DNA of 55,726 nucleotides, the filler included, from Catajapyx aquilonaris (taxonomy: Eukaryota): the NCBI GenBank assembly GCA_000934665.2. It is 4 parts of 4 records of this genome, joined end to end, with 100 filler letters (N's around TTAATTAATTAA, not from the genome) between each part and the next. Parts side by side here need not be neighbours in the genome. Positions count along the whole stretch, not along the records: positions 1 to 13,858 come from JYFJ02007962.1; positions 13,959 to 27,858 come from JYFJ02007963.1; 2 more parts are not named here. The stretch is one strand, 5' to 3'. A model generated the notes under the pieces. The model did not search any database. It saw nothing but the letters and a program-made list of their open reading frames with translations, and had not been told where the DNA came from. A program made the position numbers and the translations under genes. Shown in pieces: positions 10,951 through 22,200 of this stretch. Position 1 is the stretch's first letter. Each line of letters begins with the position of its first letter.

Positions 10951-13139
10951 TCATATAGCTCCTTTGTGATGGACCCAAAGTGTTATGTTTACCAGTCTAT
11001 TAGTGAGCACAGGGACATCGTAGAACAAGTTGGCACAAGTCATGCACCACACGAGTCCGAAATACCATCCATAGGAGTCGAGATTAGCCATGAATATTAG
11101 TCTTTGGTCTGGGGTGGATCAACCTGAAGTTTGTGGCATCGCGCAATAAATGTATTCCAGTAAGCATCAAGAATATCCTGAAGATGGTTTTCGCGACAGT
11201 CATCAGTAGTACTAGATAAGAAGATCATTGCCAGAGACATGAACGGATGTGTGTAGGCCAGCATTTGCCAGTCAACCAGTTGCATCTGCAAGGTGCCATC
11301 TGCAATGGTCCGGAACATGAAGTTGTTGGTCCAGAAGTCAAGCTGGGTTAGCACCACCTGGTGTGGTGAGGATGTTTCCAATTCCTCAAGGCTTGTAACG
11401 AACTGCATTAAGGAGGAGGTCGCATGGGTCAGCCTGTCCTTCAGTGCGAGAAGTGCAGGGTATTCGTCGTAGAGAGTCGCAAAACGTTGAAAGCCATCGT
11501 AAGCTAAGGAGATGAGGGAGCTGCTCTGGTTAAGCAAACTGAAAATAAACGAACGGAAACTCTTCACTAACTGGCTGGTCTGGTCAGGGTAGACTGCAAG
11601 GCATATGAAGCAGCATGAAGTCTGGCTACGGTTTTGACAGCCAGAATCGAATGGGGCACATCCAAGCCTTGTTTTATGTCCACATAATCAAACCTGCAAT
11701 ATGTCACAGCTTTTTAAAGGAAGGGTTCAGTGATTTTGCATGTTGGGCTTCAAAGATCAAGGTAGACTCCCTGATTCCAAAAATGTGGTCAGCTTTTAAA
11801 TATGACGCCGCATAAGCAAATGCTGTTAGGTGAAAGTCAATCTCCGCTACTGTATTCGATACGGTAAGCTAAGGTGACTAAATAGAAAGTGAATGTGAAT
11901 AGATTTCTATTTAGTCACCTTACGGTAAGCGTACAGCTAGCGCCACCCGCGGAGATCCCAGTAACATGCCAGGGCTGGCATTGGCTTACCCGCGAAGTCA
12001 ATTTTTGAACTAGGAATAAGTGGATGAATCACTTGGCCCTTCCTTCGACGCCGTCACATGCAGCCAAGATGTGGGCAATGTATTCCTCCTCTCTCTCTCT
12101 CTCCGGATTATACCTCGCGACACTACCCGCCTTGGTAAGTCTCGAGCTGATACGGAAGTATCCCGTCGTGGCCATCACTCTCTCACATGGTCCGACCACT
12201 GGCGTCCCTCTCTCTCACTCTGCCTCCCCTTCTCATCCTCCCCTGCATTCCCATGGCCCTTGGCACCCGGGGCGGGTTCCGCTCGGCCGCTCGGGTCGAA
12301 AACACAAAAACCTGGCTTGCACATGGTTTGTCGCTATGGGGGCTGACATCTTGGTTGTGTGTGGGATCTTCCATCGCTGCCGCTAGAGGGAACCCGTGTT
12401 CGGCGCTGATTTTCAAAAAAATCAACTTGGACTTGAAATTTTACGCTTATGGTGCATTTGCCACCAAAACGGACCGGATATTCAGAATCACAGAGTCATG
12501 CTCGATTTTTGAAGCTCTACATGCAAAATCACTGAACCCTTCCTTTAAGTCCAGTTGAACCTGATTTCCAACAGATTTTTAAAGAGATTGCGATCATATG
12601 GCATGTGTAGTATGTACGGTGCATTGCTTATAATGTAACCGACCATTAAAGAAAATAATGTTAGGGGGAAAAAACCAAAGAAATATTTGTTACCCTTTTG
12701 GGCCTAGATCTTCAAGCAGCAGTAGAGATTTTCCTTGCAATTGATTATAATCGCCATATACGCGTATGTATTCGGGCACAGAGTGTCGCAGTTCAGAATT
12801 TCCTCTTGACTCTTCGAGCTGAATCATGCGGTGCAGCACCTCGCCATATTCACATATCTCTGTCACATTCATCTTGTTGTCGGTGACAATATTATTCCCT
12901 TCACCACATCAACTGTTGGCAGTAGCTTTGCCACCAGCTGGAGTTTCTCACCGTCATTGCCAACGACAGTTTCCACTTGATCCATGTTGCTGAGCCATCC
13001 CTTGCCCTCCTGGTATCCATCCTTCGTAACAATGCTCTTGATGCACAAGTCCTAGCTGGCCCCTTGAAGTTTTGAGCACCTGTTGCAACCATTCAGCTGT
13101 TATGTCCGTAGCAGAGGCTGGGAAGCTATGAGCAGCCAT
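10951..13139 (-). pseudogene. Ecdysteroid-kinase-like (EcKL / CHK / DUF227) pseudogene, two exons (13139-12694, 11693-10951)
   Basis: Stitched frames give MAAHSFP..DITAEWLQQVL / GKGWLSNM..LVAKLLP / E..Y..VL..LLLLEDLGPKG|FDYVDIKQGLDVPHSILAVKTVARLHAASY / VLTQLDFWTNNFMF..LVDWQM..HPFMSLAMIFLSS / RLVNITLWVHHKGAI*. The GT-AG intron is phase 2. At least four frameshifts (~13050, ~12895, ~11570, ~11100). The catalytic-loop HGD reads QLD. Confidence 0.85.
11718..12544. mobile_element. Non-autonomous TTAA-targeting DNA transposon (Kolobok-like) in the EcKL intron
   Basis: TTAA|AGGAAGGGTTCAGTGATTTTGCATGT ... ACATGCAAAATCACTGAACCCTTCCT|TTAA. Purine-purine termini plus a TTAA TSD fit Kolobok rather than piggyBac. 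Confidence 0.75.
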
Positions 13140-13236
13140 TTTAGGTGTCTGACCTACTTGTGACTATTACTTGCAGCGACCATTTGTGACGTGACAGACT
13201 GTGTAAAAAATGACTTAAAACATTTAGGGGCAGGAG

Positions 13237-13384
13237 CAAGGGGGTAATCACTCGACTGAAAAGTGTACACTGGAGTACCAAATTCAAGGAGTACCACGGA
13301 GTAATAAAGAGTGAGGTGCCTGAGGAGTACCAGGGAGTACCACTCCCAGGTGTACACCGGAGTACCGAAGTGATTACCCCCTTG
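13237..13384. mobile_element. 148-bp MITE (P-element- or hAT-like)
   Basis: TIR CAAGGGGGTAATCACT / AGTGATTACCCCCTTG; perfect 8-bp TSD GGCAGGAG; internal GGAGTACC repeats. Confidence 0.8.
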
Positions 13385-13858
13385 GGCAGGAGTGTGTATG
13401 GGACAAAGGTTGAAAGCCAAGCTCCCGAACGTTCCAATTTTGCAACAATTCTGTGTTTAACACCATGTGTCATTCTGATGGTGGCACGTGTTCCCACAAA
13501 TTTAAAATATATATACAGGGTGTTTATTGTAACTCTGCAAAGACTTTCAGGGGTAATAGAGGGGACCAAGACAAGTATTTTTGACATAGGAACCCGTGTC
13601 CGGAAACGCCATCTAGAGGGGGTTCATAGACAAGGAACGGGCGCGCTCAGACGCGTCAGGCGAGAGGCGCTAGGCGAGCGGACTGTTTTGTTGATAGATG
13701 GCGCTCGGATAGTAACCAACGATGCGATGTGCCATAACCTGGCAACAGCAGAGCCATCTACCAACTTAAGTCCGCCTCCTAGGAGATGCGCGGATAGTCA
13801 ACAGCGGGTCTTTCGTTGCCAGGTTATGGCATATCGCGTTGTTGTTTACTTACAACGA

Positions 13859-13958
13859 NNNNNNNNNNNNNNNNNNNNNNNNNNNNNNNNNNNNNNNNNN
13901 NNTTAATTAATTAANNNNNNNNNNNNNNNNNNNNNNNNNNNNNNNNNNNNNNNNNNNN
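13859..13958. other. Artificial scaffold-join spacer
   Basis: N44 + TTAATTAATTAA (palindromic, stops in all six frames) + N44 = 100 bp. Confidence 0.97.
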
Positions 13959-14695
13959 TTTCTTTGCACCATTGATAAGAGGACACAAAACTGCGTAACA
14001 TATGTTTTTTTCATAAAATTCTCATTGAGTGACTCTAGCTTCATTTCCACCTTAATGCACCGTAGGTGCATTAACATGCTTGTTGGGTGCACCTTCAGTG
14101 CATGGGTGGTAGGGTGTAGGGTGGTAGGGTGTAGCGACGTGAGGCAGAGAGTGAGAGAGAGAGAGAGGGAGAGAGGGAGAGAGGGAGGGAGGGATGGAGG
14201 GAGAAACGGCATTGGACTTAATGGCAGTGTTTATTTTCAAATATAAAAAAATTTCCCAGATAAATGAAATAAATGAATTTCAAATGGTATCCGGAGTTTT
14301 CGCCCCCTTGGCATATTCGACTCAGAGGCATTCGGCGGGGCTGCTCTACGGTCATCACTCAGACTCACAACCGAAGTAACTCTTCTTACCCTCCTGAATT
14401 TTGAAATTTTTTGTATATTCTAATTTTGCTTGGCCTATAGTGTTGAGAAAACATCACCTCCGCTGCTAAATTCCACGTTAGCAGGGTGAAAATACAGCCA
14501 AAATGCGATGTTCCAAGCCACAACACCTGTGTCAGGTCGCGAGTCGCCGGCCAGAGCCAACGAGGGATAAATAGGGTAGGCTACAGACAGGCCGTAAAGG
14601 TCCGCCATCTTTGATGGTTTTGGCGGCCAGGCCGTGGCACTTCACGGCAAGAACACGCCCGAATTTGAATATTTTTGCCGTACTTACGGAATTAA

Positions 14696-15044
14696 GGGCC
14701 GATTTCTCGAACAGTGGTTCAAATGCAAACCCGGTTCAAATCCGGTTTAAACCCAGTTCAGAGAAATTTCCATTTCGCGAGGCAAAAGTAAACCCCGGAT
14801 GCGGTTTAAACTCGGTTCACATCTGACGGCCGCGGCCCGATTGCCGGCCGGCTCGGGTAAATGGGTAGGACGCGAAATGTGGCAACGGCGCAATTCCAAC
14901 CGAGGCTTGTCGTTCGCATAGTAACCGAGGGTTTGTTTACGCTCGAGAAATGCGCACATTCGGAAGGAGAGTTGAAACTGAATCCAGCGTGTAGACGCAA
15001 ACCCAGTTCAAACTGACTTGAACCACTGTTCGAGAAATCGGGCC
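14696..15044. mobile_element. PIF/Harbinger-like MITE
   Basis: TAA|GGGCCGATTTCTCGAACAGTGGTTCAA ... TTGAACCACTGTTCGAGAAATCGGGCC|TAA; 3-bp TAA TSD. Confidence 0.8.
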
Positions 15045-15067
15045 TAATACGTAGAAAAGTGCATTAA

Positions 15068-15201
15068 CCTCCTGAGACCCCTGGTACAGTATACTGTAGG
15101 CCTACCTTTGTTTTTTTTCCAGCACCTTCTGACTAACTCAAACGCGTAAAAAAATAAACAAAGGTGATTGAAAGGTGTACTGTACTAGGGGTCTCAGGAG
15201 G
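15068..15201. mobile_element. piggyBac-like MITE
   Basis: TTAA|CCTCCTGAGACCCC ... GGGGTCTCAGGAGG|TTAA. Confidence 0.75.
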
Positions 15202-15340
15202 TTAAAGGAGCTCATACGGCAAAAATATTCAAATTCGCGCGTGTTCATGCCGTGAACTGCCACGGACTGGCCGCCAAAACCACATTCGAGGAGTGTCATA
15301 GGCAGCCCCCGGACATTTATACTACATTCTCATGTTATCG

Positions 15341-15604
15341 CCTGCCGAGGCATTTTGCAGGGGGTGCTCACCTGAGAGCGCCATGAGACATTTCGGAGCC
15401 CAGGTAAGTGGCGACCCTACCGGACTAGGCTGAACTTTATAGGTACGAAAGGGGAGGGCTACATGTTGGGCCAGCATGTAGCGCTTCCCTTTCCTTTCGT
15501 ACATATAAAGTTCAGCCTAGTCCGGTAGGGTCGCCACTTACCTGGGCTCCGAAATGTCTCACGGCGCTCTCAGGTGAGCACCCCCTGCAAAACGCCCCGG
15601 CAGG
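15341..15604. repeat. Near-perfect foldback hairpin (~125-bp arms, tiny loop)
   Basis: GCAGGGGGTGCTCACCTGAGAGCGCC..CTAGGCTGAACTTTATA is mirrored by TATAAAGTTCAGCCTAG..GGCGCTCTCAGGTGAGCACCCCCTGC; centre ~15470. Confidence 0.9.
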
Positions 15605-16573
15605 GGGTGGGTGGGAGTGACCAGACCTTACTTTCTATGATCGTGGTCATAGGCATGAATGGGGATGAAAAATGTAGTGTCGGAAACAACATTATTGACT
15701 ACTTTTCATTGAAGAGATGATAATATTTCTGTCGTATTCGCCCTTTTCGATTTCCGGCTACAACTCTGACATAATTTGTCCCATGAGTTGACCGTTTTGT
15801 CAGAATGCGACGCCCGCAATATACTAACTTGATAGTGCTGCCACAGGCCATAATCCGATTTGAACAAAAATGTCGAATTCGTCCATTTGTCAGATTAACG
15901 ACGCACTAAAGCTGAAATTCGTGTTTTATGAAAGTTTAGTTATGAAACACCTGGCTTTGATAATGACCTACTCAAATACAGTGTATTGTAGTGGGGGGCA
16001 AATTTTGTGGTTCCTCTAATAGACATTTGAATTGTAATCATTATGGTACTGAATGTCCACAACAATGCCCTGTGTGAAGGATAAAAACTACTTATACGAC
16101 TTATACTCGTACGTTAGAAGTGAGGGGTCTAAAATCAAGGGCGGCTAAGTCCATTTTTGGGGGGTGAAACCAAGAGCTAATAACTGAGAGCCTCCGAGTG
16201 CCCTATCCCTTGCATATAGCTGGGTTCCTCATCCTCTGCGTGGAACTGGCGACTCCCCAGACGGGCTCGGCCGATTGAAGACGGCTCAATTTACACGGGA
16301 GGGAATATTCCCGTTTGTCGTCATCAGGGTACAGTCCCCCACCACCCTCACCACCTCCACCACGGCGATTGAGGCAGCCCCCCCCCCCTCCTTGGAGGAA
16401 GGTCCTGCCCACTCGGCCTGTGGCCAATTAGAGACCAGTTCCTTCAGAGACCCAGAATCGGACACATGGGATTCTCTTCCTAGAAAGTGGTCGTTGGGGG
16501 TCAAGGTTTACAGGGGGTTCCCAAAATAGACTCGATCGCCTCGGGGGCACAAACCAGACCAGCAAGGCAAGAG

Positions 16574-17062
16574 TTTGGGCTGGTCATGGTAGGAGGGGGT
16601 CAGATAAGTGAGACTCTTCCGAATCTACCCTCCTGGGGCTTATAGCAGAATGGGTAGTGGACCTTCTAAACAAATCCGATAACTTTTTTAAAGACGCACC
16701 TTTTTGCATTTTTGACAGCAAATATGCATTCTAATGTGTCGAAAACCTATATTTTCATACCTGATTCATACCAGGCATGTCAAAAGTAGATCTAGCATGA
16801 TAACTGCAACAAATTTTCTTAATATACACATGGGTTTCCATGGTCCTGTTTGTGACATGCCTGGTACGAATCGAGTATGAAAAGATAGGTTTTCGACACC
16901 TTAGAATTCATATTTGCTGTCAAAAATGCAAAAAGGTGCGTCTTTAAAAAAAGTTATCGGATTAGTTTAGAAGGTCCACTACCCCACTTGATATAAGCCC
17001 AAGGAGGGTAGATTAGGAAGGGTCTCACTTATCTGACCCCCTCCTACCATGACCAGCCCAAA
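16574..17062. repeat. Long inverted repeat (~210-bp arms, ~65-bp spacer); probable foldback element
   Basis: TTTGGGCTGGTCATGGTAGGAGGGGGTCAGATAAGTGAG.. is mirrored by ..CTCACTTATCTGACCCCCTCCTACCATGACCAGCCCAAA. Confidence 0.85.
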
Positions 17063-17672
17063 CCCTTGCACTCTTGCAATTTACAGCTCTACCCTTTTTT
17101 TGAAGTTCATCATGTTCTGATTCCTACTATAACACTGCCTATCACATTTCAGCCAAATTGCGAAATACCGTCGCGTCGGGAGGGGAAAACTCGCGAAATT
17201 TTGAAAATGGGGTCTTTTTTGGATAATTTTTAGGTCATTGGAAGTGGTCATTTGCCTTGTAGTGGAAAAACATTTCCGCCACCCTTTGGCCCAGGCTCGA
17301 TATTTGCCGATTGACAGGGTCCTACAGTGGACAGTTGTGTGAGGCCCTGGGGCGCATAATGGCTTATCTTCGGCGTCAAGCTCCCCTCCCCTCCGCCCTT
17401 CATTGCCCCAGGTTAGCGCATGGGCCTACTGAGCCTTGAGTGAACCAAGCAGGCTCCGTTCGTGATGGGCCTACCAGTCTGGGCAGGGGGGTCAAAGTCC
17501 AGGAGCCCTGTGGCCATTCTTCGCACCCACCCCAACCCAAGGTGATTAGTGAGGAACAGAAAGAGTTGACCCCCCCCCGAAGTAGGCACGCCTGTGTGGG
17601 AGGGACAAAGGTTCCCTTCTTGGTTCGGCCTATTCGCGCCAGAGGGAAACCAATCGCTACAATTCACTACTA

Positions 17673-18193
17673 CAGGGTGATTCTCTCGAAGGGAAACCCA
17701 AACATTCCTCAATAACTTTTTAACTATGGTATGGTTCCCGATGAAAATTAACATATACTTACATTGTATCATGCCAAACAAGGTCTGACTAAAGAATATA
17801 CCAAAAGTGGTTCCCTCCAGCATCCAAGAATTTTTAATCCGAGCCTGCATATTGCTGAAGACTCCTGCCGATTGATGGCGGCGATCCCATTCATTCCCAC
17901 CCGCTAGTCTGTTTGGCGAGAGGGGTTTACCGTGGCCTTGCTATCCCGTCTCAACAAGCAGGCGGGCGGGAGTTGAGCCATTCCGCCGGCCATTCTGCAG
18001 GAGTCTTCGGCAATATGCAGACTCGGATTAAAAAATTCTTGGATGCTGCCGAGGACCACTTTTAGTATATTCTTTAGTCAGACCTTGTCTGACATGATAC
18101 AAGGTAAGTATATGTTAATTTTCATCGGGAACCATACCATAGTTAAAACGTTATTGAGGAATGTTTGGGTTTCCATTCGAGAGAATCACCCTG
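17673..18193. mobile_element. Tc1/mariner-like foldback MITE (~200-bp arms)
   Basis: TA|CAGGGTGATTCTCTCGAA ... TTCGAGAGAATCACCCTG|TA; mirrored ORFs 17413-17850(-) and 18043-18306(+). Confidence 0.8.
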
Positions 18194-18730
18194 TAGTTCA
18201 GGGGTGTAGTCACTGCAAAGGACTTGTCACATGCTCTCAGTTATTAGCTCTTGGTGTAACACAAATACGTCCAGCAATAATGTATTTTAATGTCAATGGG
18301 TATTAATATATTGCACATTTGCGTATGTAGCTGAGCCATGGCAACGTATGGACGCAAAAAGTTTCAAGATTGTACCAGTGAAAGTTAAGTAATCAGNCTT
18401 AGCCTCCTTTGATCTGAAACCCCTCAAGTGCAGGATAAATGTGAACTCACGATTGCGATTGGTAAGAAAAATGAAACCTTGCGGAGAGTAGGATAAAGGT
18501 CGCATTTTGTCAACCGTTGTGAAGTGATATAGCCTTGATTCCTCAAGAATAGCTGCTAACTGACGAAGATAGTTGACAGAGTTTATTCCTCCTATTTTTC
18601 CCTCTTCTCGGGAAACCAATAAAAATGCCACTTGTCGTATTCTCCGCAAGCAAAAAGCAGATAAAGTAGTCGTGTAAAGCTCAACAGGCATGCCCAATAT
18701 GCCTTTTCTAAAATCTAATCATTTATTATA

Positions 18731-19124
18731 CAGGGTGGACCAACTTCAAGTGTCGTTTTATAACGGCTATTAATAGAAGCGCTTTACGATTGACGTAGCA
18801 GCCACGTGTAAAATGGCCCACTTCGGCGCCATCGAAAATATTAGCTGTGTTTCGTTTGCAGGCTTCCCCCTTGCATTACAGGTCCATGGTCCATCTGGTG
18901 CCTTGGGCGTCACCCATTTCACCCAGGCGCATCGCAGGTCATGTGTGCACCTCCTTTTTTCCAGGTCAACCCAGCAGCAGGGTTGATTACATGTGTGCTG
19001 CTATTGGCAGCTAATATTTTCGATGGCGCCGAAGTGGGACATTTTACACGTCGCTGCTACGTCATCGCAAAATCACTGCTATTAATCGCCGTTATAAAAC
19101 GACACTTGAAGTTGGTCCACCCTG
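18731..19124. mobile_element. Tc1/mariner-like MITE
   Basis: TA|CAGGGTGGACCAACTTCAAGTGTCGTTTTATAACGGC ... GCCGTTATAAAACGACACTTGAAGTTGGTCCACCCTG|TA. Confidence 0.8.
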
Positions 19125-19286
19125 TATACCGGTTTTATCTGCATGCCACAATACACGGGGTAAGACAGTAAGTGGTTTCGCACAAGGAAGATCTCTTCCC
19201 CCTTCGCCCCACAATGAAAGTGCCCTACAAAATGAATACAACTTACTATACTTGAAGGTAATCTTAACGGATAAGAATGATCTTAC

Positions 19287-22200
19287 CATCTGCAACATGT
19301 TGGCAGCACTTGGCTGAGGTCCAGGTCTTCCTCTCTTTTCTTGCCCAGTAGACACTTTCTGTCGGTAGACGTTGTGCATGTCTAGAATCAGGTGCCTCTC
19401 CTGGGGACTCACTCCATGTGCCTGGATATCTCGACAACGAGGGCCCAGAGTCTGCCAATAAAGACAGTGCATCACTCAAATGTCTGCACCCTAGTATCAT
19501 AGCAACAACACCCTAATAGAGTAGTACGGATATTATACCCCAACCAAGAAAAAGATTGGTTGCTGGCTCGCGTGATGAACCTATTACACAAGTCCAGATT
19601 CCTCATTTCCGTCAAAATTGAATGTGAATTTCTACTGTCAAGTCAAATCTGCTCCCAGGTGTACAAGGTTACAAGCATACACCTTACTATAGTTGGTATG
19701 GAGGTAGGATCGTAGGAATACTATGGAGGTGGCATATCTGTAATCATAATTAAATTAATTGCACACCTCTGTTATCTCGGTCGTCTATAATCCGAATTAC
19801 TTCGCGAATGTATCGACCGCAACCCAGAACTGCGCGTGATAAGATTACACCGTACTCTATTGCACTAAAAATTTTAAAAGTATTGTTTTAGTAAGTTTAA
19901 TAGAAAAGGACCCAGCCCGCTTTCTGGCGGGAATAGACGGCGACACTTTTAAATACATTTAAAAATTTTAATGTATTAGAGCACAATTTAATCTTATGCA
20001 CATTTCTGGCTTGCCGTCGATACATTCGCAAAGTAATTCGGATTATAAACAGCCGAGATAACAGGTGTGCAATTAACTTAATTATGATTACAGAAATGGC
20101 GATCTCAATGTTTCAAATATATCATTAGATAGACAAAGATGTGCGCTATCCAGGGTTCACAAGGGGATTTTTTTTGCCTCCGGGAAGTGTCATTTAAAAA
20201 TTCACTTTGCGGTGCAACGTCGCGTCGGCAACAAGTCAAAAAATGACACTTTTCCACCTTCTTTTTACGATAAAAAATTAGAGATTGACGATAGGAAAAC
20301 AACTCGCATATATGTAACGTGGATTTAAACAAGCTTTCTAACGATACATACCATTATTTTTTTGGATAATTTGCATGGGAGTTGTTTAGAGTCAAGCACA
20401 GGGGTCTATATTAGATAAACGGATAGTAAGTCGTCTGCATAGGCCAAAAAGTGTGTTTCTTCAGTGTTTGGAAATAAGTTAACCCCTGGAATCTGTGCTT
20501 CTAAGAATGAGTTTCGTAGGTCGGCGGTAAATAAATTAAACAATACAGGACTGAGGCATTCGCCCTGAAGTACTCTTTTAGTTATCGAAACAGAATTTGA
20601 ATGGGCCTGTGATACAATCTCCGCGTTTTCATATACAGGGTGGTCGGTAAATGGCGGACAAGCTTCAGGTAGCGAGATTCGTTGTGAAAAATCAGTATAT
20701 GGAAGTGAAGGTCATATTGCTCTACGAGGCCTGGTTAGAGCTCACGAAGGAACCATCCTATCAGTAGTACCTGGATTTGTTTAAGAATGGAAATGAACTG
20801 CTTATTCGGGGGAAGGTACACTGCACCTATTATCACTTTTTTGCAGGAAACATAAATCTTGTAGAATGAACTGAATGAGTTGTTTTAACTCCAGCGAAAG
20901 AGTTATTATAACTCATATTTGGTATTGACCACTTTCAAGGTTAAAATAGTTAAAAAGAACTCAACTCGAGTTTTTTAAAGCTCTATTTTTTAGAGAGTAG
21001 GTATGGTCGTTTTGATGGTGGAAGTCATTTTAAAACTCATTAAAAAAATCATGCAGCACTTCTACTGCGGTGGAAGCTGATTCTCGCGAAGAAAATGGTG
21101 GCACAAGCAACAGTGATAGTGACGTCCAGAATTTATAGTTGTTTTTTTTCATTTTTGTACATGTTGGCATAGCTTACACCACAGAAAATGAAATATTCTA
21201 TGCGACAGATTGCATCTCATTATTTTCCATGCAAAATATTTGGAAAGTAAAGAATATGTGCAGATATTTTATAAAATATTCTGGGTCTTTGAAAAAAAAC
21301 AACGAAAAACCGGTTTAACCCCCCCCCCCCCCCCGTTTTTTCCCCAGGCCGCACAGTGGAGCGGAGAGCACATTTAGGCAGCCAAAACCTGGTTTTACGC
21401 ATGTCATCAAACATGCACGAAAATAGCACAGACGTGAAGCTAAATGTGTAAACTAACTTATCCGAAAAGAAAGAATGCATTGAAATGGGATTTATCCGAG
21501 ATATGCCCCCCAGTATTGCCAGCATATCGATTCGCTTGGCTCCGTAGGTTCTGAAACAGTCTAGCAGAGTTCAATCTTGTGAGTCGGAACGGCCATATTA
21601 ATGTTAGAATGGATGTTGATTGTTATAAGTGAAGTATATGTTACTAGTTTAATTCCCCAAGCAGTGCTTATGAAGGTAGCTGGGGGCGTGGTGGCCCATT
21701 ATAAGGTCCCATGAGACAAACTGTAAAGTGGGGCACAAAAATTGAGTTACAAAAATACAATTCTTTACAACTGCTGTGTACTGGGAGCCAGTCAGTGCTT
21801 GGTGGCCTTCTGAAGAAGGGCGAAGTCAGAACAGCAGCAACTACCTGCAAATTCTTGTTTTATTGGGCAATATGTGCAGACCCACACCGCTAGCCACTTT
21901 CTCCCAGGTGAGTGGCGCGAGATCCGACAGGTAAAAATGAACGTATCATGTTAACAAGTTACCGGGTGGTATAATTGCTTGATTCATGCAGGAATGAAGC
22001 TCGTCCTCGTCATTAAGGCACTGGTACCGTAGGCCTGCGTAGTTGGGAGGTGCAGGAATGAACGAGCTTCCCTATTTATAAGGGAATCCAGTACCGAGAC
22101 TAAACATGAAGGGGCTAGACCTTTTTTATTTCCTGCGAAATATTTGGCAAACAGGTCAGAAGGAGCAAGTGGGGCATTTATACGAGTTCATATCAGGGTA

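Noticed and set aside
13316..13906. 196-aa ORF
   Set aside because: Runs across a MITE, a mariner-like end and the N spacer; no recognisable domain.
13903..13914. TTAATTAATTAA as a transposon target or regulatory site
   Set aside because: Identical and centred in N runs at all three joins, so it is a synthetic linker.
18293..18697. 134-aa minus-strand ORF as a further CAP exon or LINE fragment
   Set aside because: No CAP motifs and no diagnostic RT or zinc-knuckle motif that I can support.
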